Shown in pieces: positions 9,807-20,438 of a stretch of DNA of 37,178 nt; positions within the stretch are counted from its first letter, which is position 1, and each line of letters opens with the position of its first letter. The DNA is from Thraustochytrium aureum (taxonomy: Eukaryota). Under the pieces are notes generated by a model. The model searched no databases. It saw nothing but the letters and a program-made list of their open reading frames with translations, and was not told where the DNA came from. Position numbers and translations under genes: made by a program. The stretch covers positions 170,495 to 207,672 of the forward strand of contig BLSG01000329.1 in assembly GCA_012862495.1 (NCBI GenBank). The letters run 5' to 3'.

Positions 9807-12800
9807 CTAGTTCTCAACGTTCTCTATCGAGTGAATCCCGTCCACGACGCGCTGCTGCCAGAGCCCGAGGCGGTCGCCCTTGCCGTCGTCCTGAAACCCC
9901 CGCACCCACGGAAGGCACCTATGCGATAGCAGGATGGCGTGCGACTGCCCGATCGCCGCGTCTTGCACAGCAATTTGGCGGTTCAGAGCCTTGTAAAACT
10001 CGCACAGCGTCTTTCGGAACGCGACAAGCGAGTCTTTGCACTCGGTCCAAACGGTACCCTGCGCTGTGAAGAGGAAATCGTCCTCAAGGTCCCGCGCGGC
10101 CGCTGAGCAGAGTGCCTCGACGCAAGCATCGATATCGTTCGGGTCGGGCACCGGGCAATCCCCGTGGAACCACCGACGCGTCGATTTGTAGACCGCCAGC
10201 TTGCGCCGCAAGGTGTCTGCGCGCAGGGCTGAGTGGGCAACCTCGCGGTATTGAAGGCGGTGAATGTCTTCAAAGAGCCGAAAGCCAAAGTCAGAGAGCT
10301 CTGCGGCCAGGCGCTGTATCGCCAGCCGCTGCTCGTCGTTTTTTCCAAGATCTGCCTTGCCTTTGCGCCGCGTGTCCACGGCCTCCACCATGCTGCGACG
10401 GAAGGTCTTGCGAATAATTGTTCCGTTTTCGTCGCGTTCTTGCTTGTTGCGTTGGCGGCCGAGGAGCTTGACGGCCCCGACGTCTGCGCTCAGGTTGACC
10501 ACAAACTGCTCAAACTCGTCGATTGTTACAAAGCCGTTTCCGTCCTTGTCAACCTCCGCAAAGGCCTGCTTGCCCCTGGCGCCCGAGGTGAGATTGGCGA
10601 GACCGAGCTGCTTGAGACACTTGGCCAGCTCTTTGACGTCGAGGTAGCCAGAGTCGTCCTTGTCAGCCTCGAGAAAAACGCGACGTATCTCGCGCACCTT
10701 GACAGAGTGAGTGATGTCCTCGGTGCAGACAACGTAAAACTCGTCCGAGGCGAGCCTAATGCGCTGCTTGACCCAGAGATGAAACTCCCGCTCTGAGAAG
10801 GCTTGGGCAAGCTCTTGCGGGCGGTCTCGCGAAGGTGCGTCTGGCAGACAGCATTTGTCTGGAAGGTACGACGCCAAAGACCGCCCCAGCCGGAGGCTTC
10901 TCGTTGCCATCGTGTCAAGCTCGAGGGCGAGGCGAAGCTTGTGCGAGGCAAGGCGCTGCGGGTTGGAGAGTGGGTCTTCAACGATGACGTGCTCAAGCCA
11001 GAATATGGGGAGGTGGTAGAGCCGCCCCCCACGCGACGCCGGCCGACACGGGCAAGAGAGTGGCGGAGACCGCGGATTCCGTGGCTCCTCGTGAGGCAAA
11101 AGGCGAAAGCAGTCCAAGCACTGCGCACAGTCCACATAGTCGGCCAGGTGGTCGTGCACGTCGAGCACATCCGCGATCATTCGCGCGCCCAATCGGGTTA
11201 TCTTGTTGTTCCTCAGGTCGAGGCGGCGGATGACGGGAACGCACTTGAGAGCCTTGCAGAGCGCCTCGACCACGCTATCCGTGACCTCGCAGTCAGAGAG
11301 GTCGATTTCGCCAACGTGGAACAAAGGCTGGCTCGACGACACGGTGATCTGCTTGCGCAGCTGTTGAGGCAGCGAGCCCCAGATCTCTAGCTCAATGCAC
11401 TCGCGGCGAAACGCCTCGACAAAATACAAGTACGTGTCCGGGAACACGCGAGCCGTGCCGCGCAGCTTCTTCTTGAAGAGTTTGCGCAACTTGCGCTCCT
11501 TTTCCTCGCGACGCAGCTTGGCGGGCGGCTCCGGAGGGGGCACGGCTGGCGGCGGATCGGTTTCCCTGACGATCGGTCGCGATAAAACCATCCTGCGCAG
11601 CCAGCCGCTATTCCGGGCCTTGACAACCTCGTCAAAGCAAAAGTCTAAAAACTCTTCCTCGCCGATTGTGTTATCGCCGTTCGAGTCGTACTTGTCGATA
11701 ATACTTTTCGCGCGGCGCGCGGAGATTCGCGACCCAAGTTCTCGCATCGCTCTCCTCATCTCGAAGGCATCGATCTCACCAGAGCCATCTTTGTCGAAAA
11801 AGTAAAATACGCGTCTGTACTCGAGCATGATGTTGTCGTCTTCGAGGCGGCGCCCTCGCGCCGCGATGTCGTACTGCAGGTCGATGGGAACGACGTTTCC
11901 AAATCGCACCTCTTGCGACCAGCCGTGCTCCTCCAGCAGATCTCGCCACTGGTCGGCTAGGTTGGCAGCGCGCTCTCGTGCGCGGTCTGCGCTGGTAGCG
12001 CGAAACTTGACTCCCGTGGCCACAACGAACTTACTCAGGGTGGGTCGCTTTTCGAGCTTCGGCACGGTGGTTGCCGCGTACTGCTGCTCGAATTTTCTTT
12101 GAAGCGGCGCGTGCTGCGGGCAACGGCGCCGGGAGACTCAGCACGCTCCGGCTTTGATTCTGGAGGGTAGTAGGGCGTACGTCCGGCATACATGAACGTC
12201 TCCACCGCACTGCCTAGCGCATCGAGGAGAGGCTCAATCGTAGATGTGGAGACAAGGGCCTTTGAGTCCCAAGCCGCTCTCGCGTTCTTGCCTGCGTCCG
12301 TGCCGTCGTTATTCGTGGCCAAAAGCATGTCGTCGACGAGTTTGTCGAGAACTGCGGCTGCTTCGGCCGGTTCTTTGATTTGGACTGGCTTGAGAAGGGG
12401 CCCGGCAGGTTCAGATAGCGCGCTGACAAGGTATTGCTTTTGTTCATCAGGCTCGAAAAAGCGCGGGGCCGTCGCTATCGCAGCCCGGTCAACGCTGGCA
12501 TCGCACTCAACCCAGTACGCTCGTCCACAGCTGGTGACCATCACGAGTTGGGAGCCTCCGCATGAAATCCGAGTCACGTGCTTGCTTTGCAGGACTGCGT
12601 CTGCAGACACCTCAACGGGCCGTGCGCTGTCTCGATCGTTGCGCCGGGAGGCCTCTTCGTATGCTGCCCCTCCAAGGACCAGCACTTCGCCCGCTTCGGA
12701 GAGGACGGCCGTGAAGTGCGCGCCGCAGCCGACCTGTACGAATACCCTACCCTGCAGCGACTCGACTGGCCGCGGTCTGAGCTCGCCTACGCAGTCTTGC

Positions 12801-13795
12801 TTCCGAGACTTGCCGCCGTGGCCAAGCTGGCCGTGCCTGCCGCGACCCCACGTCCAGAGGTCGCCAGCGGCTGTCACTATTGCTGAATGTCGAAGCCCCG
12901 CTGCGAGCGACACGACAGCCTCCTTCCAGAGGTGGCCACTCGCGTTCACAAAGTGCGGCCTCCACTTGCAGTCGCGCGACCCGATGCCCAGCTGGCCGCT
13001 GTCGTTCCGCCCCCAAGTGAGAAGCACCATCGGCGGAGCGTCGGGCTGGCCGGCCCTGTCGCGCACCGCGAGGATCACGTGATTGGCCCCGGCACAGAGG
13101 TTCGCGGCGAGCCACTCAGACGCATCCCCGAGAACGACCTCTTGCGGGCGAGTTGCGCGGAGGTTGCCTTTGCCGTTTCCAAGCTCGCCAAACTCGCCGG
13201 TGCCCCAAGTGAACGCGCGCCCGTCCTCGGAGATAGCCGCAGAAAATCGCTGTCCCCCGGCGAGTTTGACGACTCTCGAGCCGAGCTGGTCGGGGCAAAG
13301 CTCAGCGACAGGGACGGGCTCGCGGACAGACTGGAGGGACCCCAGCCCAAGCTGGCCGTCCGTGCCAAGACCGACAACCAACACTCGGCCGGCGTCGTCC
13401 AGCATCGCCGAATGGTGGTGCCCTGCTGCCACATGAACGATTCGCGCTCGTTTCAGCGAAACCACGGGCGCGAACCTGTGCAATAGCCGCTTGGAGCTCC
13501 AATTCTGCCTGTCAACAAGGCGCTGCTTTTTCGAAATCTGCCTCGCAGCGTGCTTGGCGTCCGCTGCGGACTTCTCCAGCACCTGGGTCTGGCCGAACCT
13601 GTGCAGGTTCGGAATCGCCCTCGTCTTGACCATGTGCTCCATCGTCTCCCGCGCCCAGCCCGTCGCTCCCCGTCCCAACCAAGCCAAGCGCAGCCGCTCG
13701 GCGCCGTTCCACTTCTGCCCCAGCTCCTCCTCTACACGCACAAATCCGTTGCGATCAAAACGAGCATCGAACAAAACGGGGTTCCTTCGCACCGA
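9807..13795 (-). CDS. Probable single gene: RCC1-repeat beta-propeller + EF-hand pair + RI-like LRR + second EF-hand pair; 5' end uncertain; frame break near 12090-12190
   Basis: RCC1 repeats (VAAGHHHS, TWGTGEFGELG, TWGRNDSGQLG, TWGRGRHGQLG, GCGAHFT). EF loops DKDGSGEIDAFE, DSNGDNTIGEEE, DKDDSGYLDVKE and DKDGNGFVTIDE. LRR IDLSDCEVTD..RRLDLRNNKIT. The two ORFs overlap and the downstream one has no ATG at its 5' end. An intron at 12097-12191 (GTATGC..AAG) or one extra A in the A-run would join them. Confidence 0.72.
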
Positions 13796-13816
13796 CTACA
13801 GCAGCGTTCGTGAAAG

Positions 13817-14114
13817 ACGAGCGCGACGCGCCCCGAGGCCTGGCCTCCATGCCAGTTGGCTGCCGGCTGGCAGCGGCAGACTCGGAGATGCCTGTCGAGC
13901 TTGGACGCAACAACACGAGCAAGGAATTCACCCTCAGGCGCGCGCTGTGATGGCCTGGGGTCCACGGCGACGAGCGCGACTCGGTCTCCCAGCTGCCTGG
14001 CAACTCTCCACGCCAGTTGGCAGCCGGCTGGCAGCGGCAGACTCGGAGATGCCTGTCGAGCTTGGACGCAACAAAACAACCATTGAGCTCACCCTCGTCA
14101 GGCGCGCGCTGTGA
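13817..14114. repeat. Imperfect tandem duplication, two units of ~150-160 bp
   Basis: 13851-13913 and 14012-14074 differ at 1 of 63 nt. GACGAGCGCGAC occurs at 13817 and 13969, and CAGGCGCGCGCTGTGA ends at 13950 and 14114. Confidence 0.92.
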
Positions 14115-14601
14115 CCACCGGGCTGCTAGCGAAGTGCCCGCTCGCATTCGATGCCACCACGGAAGCCAGGTCCGCGTCGCTCATCATCCACGTCGCGTCC
14201 TCACGGGCGCCCCGGGGCAGACATGCAGGCATGGCATTCGGTGCGCGCCGTGCGGGCGGGCGATTGAAATGACTGATGATGAACGCCGTGGCGCCGAGAC
14301 GAACAACGCACAGCTCGCGTGTCGACGTGCAACTCGGTGGCGTGCGAGGCGCAGATGTGCGCGCCACCGACGNNNNNNNNNNNNNNNNNNNNNNNNNNNN
14401 NNNNNNNNNNNNNNNNNNNNNNNNNNNNNNNNNNNNNNNNNNNNNNNNNNNNNNNNNNNNNNNNNNNNNNNNNNNNNNNNNNNNNNNNNNNNNNNNNNNN
14501 NNNNNNNNNNNNNNNNNNNNNNNNNNNNNNNNNNNNNNNNNNNNNNNNNNNNNNNNNNNNNNNGTGTCTGTACGCACGGGCAGACGCGTGCTTCGAGTGG
14601 G

Positions 14602-15462
14602 ATGTCAATGTGGGCGGTGGCGCGGTGGGGCGTGGCCCTCGGGCTGGCGACCGTGCTCGCGTGGCGCGGCGTGAAGAAGAAGAGCTTGTCGCAGCGTGGC
14701 GCTGGCGCAGCGTTCGCTGTCGGCGCGCTGTCGCTTGGCGCGCTGCCCCGGTCTGGGGTTGCTCTGCTGGGGTTTTACTATACGGGGTCGAAGTTGACCA
14801 ACGTGGGCGCGAAGAAGAAGGCCGAGGTGGATGCCGACTTTGTGGTTGGCGGCGAGCGGGACGCTGCACAAGTTCTCGCGTGCTCCGGGCTTGCCACGGC
14901 ACTGAGCCTCGCGCACCTCGGACTTGGCCTCGAGGACGGACCCGTTCTCGTGGGAGGGGCGCCGATGCACAGCGCTATCCTGCTGGGCATCGCTGCCCAC
15001 TATGCAACCTGCGCTGCTGACACGTGGGCGAGCGAGCTTGGTGTGCTGGCAGACTCGTGGCCTTGGCTGATTACGGAGCCAAGTCGGCGAGTTCCACCGG
15101 GGACAAACGGCGGCGTTTCGGGCACCGGGCTCGCTGCGTCTGCCGCGGGGGGCGCTTTTATCGGTCTGCTGCTGTGGGTCTGCGGCTTTGCAAGCGGGCC
15201 TGTCAATGCCGACTGGCTCCTGGTGCCTCTTTCTGCGTGTTTTGGCCTGGCCGGCTCGCTCTTGGACTCTTTGCTAGGAGCCACAATGCAGGAGACTTTG
15301 TACGACGTCAAGCTGCAGAGCGTCGTGAGTGAGCCGGGCCCCACGGTCAAGGTGATCTGTGGGCGCCCACTGCTGAACAACCAGCAGGTCAACCTCGTCA
15401 GTGTGGCGCTGATGACCTTTGCAGGCTGCTTGACCGGGCTGGCGCTGGGTTCGGCGCTGTAA
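14602..15462 (+). CDS. TMEM19: TMEM19 / DUF92 integral membrane protein (PGR/VTE6-related family)
   Basis: 286-aa hydrophobic ORF with KKSLSQRGAGAAF, GGERDAAQVLAC, ADTWASELG, VPPGTNGGVSGTG, DSLLGATMQ and LLNNQQVNL motifs. Confidence 0.9.
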   Translation: MSMWAVARWGVALGLATVLAWRGVKKKSLSQRGAGAAFAVGALSLGALPRSGVALLGFYYTGSKLTNVGAKKKAEVDADFVVGGERDAAQVLACSGLATALSLAHLGLGLEDGPVLVGGAPMHSAILLGIAAHYATCAADTWASELGVLADSWPWLITEPSRRVPPGTNGGVSGTGLAASAAGGAFIGLLLWVCGFASGPVNADWLLVPLSACFGLAGSLLDSLLGATMQETLYDVKLQSVVSEPGPTVKVICGRPLLNNQQVNLVSVALMTFAGCLTGLALGSAL

Positions 15463-15662
15463 GCACCTTTCGCCCGCGGCGGGGGCGCCGCGCTCGAGCA
15501 GTCGGAGCAAACTGAAAGTAAGCAGGAGGGTCGGCTTGGGCGCAGAATTCCAGGGTAATGTTCTCCAGCAATGCGAAGGGGTAGGTATTTTCAGTTGTCT
15601 TTGCGTTTCTCAGCTTGCTCGAAGCCCTATTCCCCTCCGCGCTTGGTCACACTAGCCGAGCC

Positions 15663-18607
15663 CTAGCGCGAGGCGGCGCCGCCAAAGCCCGGCGAACTCG
15701 GCCCCCACGCGTAGACCTGCTTATGCTGGAGCTCCTCCAGCTTGCGATGCTCGCTCACCGCATTGTCGACCACCTGGCGAAACAAGTCTGCGCTCAACAC
15801 CGATTTCTTACCCTGCACGCCGCCTCCGGCAGCGTCAGAGGAGGCCGTCGCATCCGCGTTCTTGCCAGAGTGGCCCTCCTCCAGGCTCCCAAATACATGC
15901 GCTTGCACGCTAGTCATGAGCTTGGCAATCTCACGGCCCGAAAACCCGTCGATCCGCAAAGCGGTTTCCTTGAGCATCGCACGCGTCACCTCTGACCGAT
16001 GCGCGCAAGTCTCCACAGATGCGGCGTAGTACTGCTGCACAAGGCGTTCGCGCTCCGCGAGGGACGGAAGGCCGAACTGAACGCTTTCGTCGATGCGGTC
16101 CACGACGGCGCGGTCGAGGTCCCCGGGGCGGTTGGTCGCCAGCACGAGCATGACCCTGGTCGACGCCGTGCCGGTATGGAAGAGGAGCGCCGTCAGCGCA
16201 TTGCGTAGCGCTTCGCTCACGTTGCCACCATCTCGCGACGCCAGGAAGGCGTCAGCCTCGTCAATGAAAAGGAGAACCCCGCGCGGAGTCTTGTTGGCCC
16301 ACGCAAACAAGTTGTGCAGCTCCGTGACCGCCGAGTCCTTGAGCGGGGCGACATCGGCGCCGCTCATGATTGCGTAGTCCAGTTTGCACCACTTGGACAG
16401 GTACCTCGCCACCATGGTCTTCCCCGTTCCCGGTGGGCCGTAAAACAGGATGTGACGCAATGGGGCTGCATTCTCGTGCGCGGCGCGCGTCGCCCGAGCG
16501 ACGCGGTTCAACTGGGCCGCTTTGGAGGGGGTCAGAACGACATCCGACATGAAATGCAGAAAATCTGACTCCGCGCGACGCCGTTGATCCTCTTGCTTGA
16601 CTCGCGCCTCTGCACGCTCAGGGCCGTCGAAGGCAGACGCGACGAGTCTCGCGCACCTGGAACGAACCACGCCAAATAGATCTGCCAAGGCGCGGCCAGG
16701 GCGCGACCCCATCGACGTCTCGCGGACGAGCGAGGGCCGCCCAAGGCGACGCTGCCAGTACGTCCGCCATAGCACCATGGCCTCGCGAGAGGCGTAGATG
16801 CCGAGCGCCAAGAGTACTAGAGTGCCAACCGCGGCCAGGACTGTGGCGGGGCTCCGCGAGAGTAGTTGTACGGCGGCCGTCGCCTCCGCAGCGCCAGCCC
16901 GAATGGCCGCCGCGGTATGCTCGCGCGCTTCCTCGGCCTGCAGACGCGCCATCTCGATGCGCAAATCATGGTTCTCCCGCTCGCGACGGGTCTCCGTTCC
17001 CCTTGCGCCTGCGCAGTCTGCTGGGCAGCTTGCGCCGCGAGCCGCGCTTTCTCTAGTTCGGCAGCCGCAGCCGTATCTTGCAACGCGCGGCGGTTGGAGG
17101 CCTCCTGCTCTGCCTGGCGCGCATCGACCTCTGCCTTGGCACGGAGCACCTCGAGCTCTCGCGCGACGCGGATCTCCTCCTCTCGCCGCACCCTCTCTAT
17201 CGTTGTGTTGTCGAGTTTGGCCTGCTTTGCAGACTCTATTTCAGCTAAAGCGGCGGCTGTCTTGCGCTGCTCATCGCCGCGAGCTCGCTCTGCGTCAATT
17301 TTGGCCCTCTCGAGTTCGACCTGTGCCTCGAGGGCGCGCCGCTTCTCTTGGGTCTCGAGTGCAGCCTGCCGATTGGCCACCTCGTCCACTCGGGCCAGCT
17401 CGGCGCGCAGCTCGGCCAGCTGCGCTTCGCTTGACGCGCCGTGCGTTTCGATCCGCTGTTCTATCACGCTCGCGTTGCGCCGAGCCTCTTGCGCGACCTC
17501 GTCCAGGACAGCAGCAAGGGCCGCGCGCCCCTTGGCCTCCTCGGTGGCCAAACCGGCCATGGCGCTCTCGAGCCTGTCAAGCGCTCGGCGCAGCTCTTCC
17601 AGCTGCGCCGTGTGTTGCGCGAGCGCCTCGGTGGCCGCGGCGATTTCACGCGCTTGGTCTGTGCTGGTTCCGCGGAGGGCTCCGAGGTCCCCGGAGAGCT
17701 GTGCCAGGGTGGCAGCGAACTCGGCCTGTTTGCCGTCGAGGACGCGGGCTTGCTCGGCAAGCACATTTGCGTTCTGCCTCTGCGCGTCGCGGGAGGCTTC
17801 GTCTGCTGCGGCTTGGCTCGCGGCCAGTCTCTCGAGGCCCTTGGCCGCCGCGTCGACGTCGGCGCGAAGCCTGATCGTGTCCGTGGCAATCTCTTTGTGC
17901 GAGACTGCTTGCTGCTTGATCTCGTCGCGGACAATCTCCTCTAAGCGCTCCACCTTCAGTTGCAGGCCATGGGCCTCTTTGCGGGTTTCGAGGGCCTCGC
18001 CCTGGAAGGCATGGAGCGACTGCTCGAGGCGCACGGCCTGCTCGCTTCGCGTGTGCGCCTCTTTCGCGAGCGTCTCGAGTTCGAGCTGTTTGGTCTGGAT
18101 TGAAGTGAGCGCTTCGCTCGCGTGTCGCGCAGAACTGGCCTCCTTTGAGGTCTGGTCAAGGTCGCTGCTGAGTCTCTCGATACGGTCATCCAGGCTGTGA
18201 GCAATGCGGGCGAGTTCTTGCGTCGCGCCGATGTTGGCCATGAACAAGCGCTCACTGTTGAAAACGTGCACTTGCTCAAGGATGAGGGGCTCATCGTCGT
18301 CAGGGCCACCGACCGCCCGCTTCTCAACTACACCGACAGCGGGGGGGAGGACGCTGGCGAGCTCCTGCGCGATGACACCGAGCTGACGCTTCCCGAAGAT
18401 AGGGTTGTAAAACTGCTCGAACAGAAAGTCGAACTCGCGGAGCTGAACGCGTTCGATAGCGTCCAGCAGCTGGCTCGCATTCGCCGCCACCACGTTCTCT
18501 TTGAGGCGAGCATCGCTGAATTCCAAGGATCGCGCAGCGCCTCGTCCGCCCGGCGCGCACGCGAGCCATGTCGCACCAAAAATCCAAGCACGGGCTACGC
18601 CGTGCAT
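15663..18607 (-). CDS. Fusion protein: hydrophobic leader + MYRF-type ICA (peptidase S74) domain + long coiled coil + ATAD3-like N-domain/TM + AAA+ ATPase (~981 aa after fixing a 1-nt frameshift near 16997-17002)
   Basis: N-terminal part: FSDARLKENV...QLGVIAQELASVLPPAV...VFNSERLFMANIGATQEL...LDDRIERL. C-terminal part: RRERENHD, TM segment, LGRPSLVRETS, HILFYGPPGTGKT, DYAIMSGADVAPL, LLFIDEADAFL, ATNRPGDLD..VDRIDE and GFSGREIAKL (ATAD3 signature). The second ORF has no plausible start of its own, and the ATAD3 N-domain spans the junction. Confidence 0.82.
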
Positions 18608-19096
18608 GGCTCTCTGCGAGCCGGCCTTGTCCTCGCGTCAGCTGCGTGCGGGCCACCCACTCGCTCGCTCGCTCGCTGCGCAGGTGGCACTTCGGCCTTC
18701 GCGCCGGTGTGCTCCCGTAAGTCGGCGAAGAAGCGGGTCTGCTGCTGCGCGGCGGATGGGGGCGAGCAAAGGATGTCGGCCGTCGTGTGGGACGCGTCCG
18801 TTGTCGTTCAAAAGACGCAGAGCGAGCAAGGAGGCGTTCGTGCGCAGGTGGAGAACAACTCGCTCGCTGCGCGCCCGGCTGGATCGATTCGGCAGGTTCG
18901 GATCTGCGCCGGGCGCCAGGTGCTGCGCAGCCAGGGCAGGGCGCCGAGGTCAACGGGCCGAGCGGGACGCGCAAGGCGCTGGTGGGTCTGGCCGGTCGCC
19001 GCGGTTGGCCTGCAGTGCGACGTCGCGGAGGCTGCTTGTCGCGCGCTGGCTTGTTGTTGGCTCGTTGCTGCGCTGGAGCGCCCCTTCGTGGAGAAC

Positions 19097-19564
19097 ATGG
19101 TTCTCGGAGCGGCTAAGGGCGGCGACGCGAAGCTCTCGAGCAGGATCCGTGCGACCACACCGTCGACGGACTTTAACGCTGCGTTTCCTACGGCGGCGGT
19201 GGGGGGCCCGGTGGTGCCTGTTGCGCTGCCCCTGATCGATCCAGCGTCCGCGTTGGGCAGCTTGTTCGTTGTTGCGCCGAGCGTGACCGCTCTGGCCTGC
19301 TTTGTTGTGCCAGGGCGCACGATCTTGCAAATCCATCATGCTCGGTCAACGCTCAACTTTAACGTCCTGCCGTTCCTGAGCATGGCTACTCAGTGCGTGG
19401 TCTGGCTGTTGTACGGCGCGATGATTCGAAGCGGGACTGTCATCGCCCCGAACGCGCTCGGGGTCGTTCTTGGGCTCGCCTACACGGTAACGTTCGACAA
19501 GTATGCGCCCCAGTCGATGCGCAAGTCCCTGCAGACGCAGTACATGATAGCTGTTGGCATCCTG
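19097..19564 (+). CDS. SWEET / MtN3-saliva sugar transporter, 5' part (3' part lies in gap 19565-20113)
   Basis: ALACFVVPGRTILQIHHARSTLNFNVLPFLSMATQCVVWLLYG...VIAPNALGVVLGLAY is a typical first MtN3 triple-helix repeat. The reading frame runs into Ns. Confidence 0.88.
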
Positions 19565-20438
19565 NNNNNNNNNNNNNNNNNNNNNNNNNNNNNNNNNNNN
19601 NNNNNNNNNNNNNNNNNNNNNNNNNNNNNNNNNNNNNNNNNNNNNNNNNNNNNNNNNNNNNNNNNNNNNNNNNNNNNNNNNNNNNNNNNNNNNNNNNNNN
19701 NNNNNNNNNNNNNNNNNNNNNNNNNNNNNNNNNNNNNNNNNNNNNNNNNNNNNNNNNNNNNNNNNNNNNNNNNNNNNNNNNNNNNNNNNNNNNNNNNNNN
19801 NNNNNNNNNNNNNNNNNNNNNNNNNNNNNNNNNNNNNNNNNNNNNNNNNNNNNNNNNNNNNNNNNNNNNNNNNNNNNNNNNNNNNNNNNNNNNNNNNNNN
19901 NNNNNNNNNNNNNNNNNNNNNNNNNNNNNNNNNNNNNNNNNNNNNNNNNNNNNNNNNNNNNNNNNNNNNNNNNNNNNNNNNNNNNNNNNNNNNNNNNNNN
20001 NNNNNNNNNNNNNNNNNNNNNNNNNNNNNNNNNNNNNNNNNNNNNNNNNNNNNNNNNNNNNNNNNNNNNNNNNNNNNNNNNNNNNNNNNNNNNNNNNNNN
20101 NNNNNNNNNNNNNCCGTTTTCAGAATGTGGCGCCACTTGCGCCGCCGAGATGGATCGCTCTCTCTTTCAACGGGGCGATTTCGGGTCCTCCACCGCGCTG
20201 CGCAACCAGAGCCAAGTTCAACTGTGCTGTGCAGTGACGCGCTGTGCGGGCACCAGCGTTTCGGCCTGCAGAGTCGGAAGAGTGTCGCTCTGTCTCAAAA
20301 GGACTTTATTTTTTGTGAAGGTCAAGCGGAAACGGAGCTGGCGGCGGGTGGGCCGCGTCCCTTGTTCGGTTGCTCGCGGGGTCCTGCGGCGCCAGCTAAT
20401 GGCGTCCGAAGGCGAGCGCGCAACGGCGGGGGCCGCGC

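Noticed and set aside
9127..12065. Functional calcium-signalling cluster (calmodulin-like gene convergent with EF-hand gene)
   Set aside because: EF-hand genes are abundant in protists, and adjacency alone is not evidence of co-function.
13817..14114. Repeat-spacer-like pattern suggesting a CRISPR array
   Set aside because: Only two long units, eukaryotic context and no cas genes; it is a tandem duplication.
16990..17010. Programmed -1 ribosomal frameshift between the coiled-coil and ATAD3 ORFs
   Set aside because: No canonical slippery heptamer in frame, and similar homopolymer indels occur in both directions elsewhere. Sequencing error is more parsimonious, though not excluded.
16866..18200. 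Long antisense ORFs (444 aa here; also 3658-4686, 6693-7904, 21064-22785, 25534-26649, 36151-37158)
   Set aside because: Shadow frames of real genes in high-GC DNA, with Ser/Arg/Ala-rich composition and no recognisable motifs.
18170..18520. Phage tail-fibre or prophage remnant implied by the peptidase S74 motif
   Set aside because: The domain carries the MYRF-like ERLFMANIGA motif, is in frame with a eukaryotic gene, and no phage or mobile-element genes are nearby.
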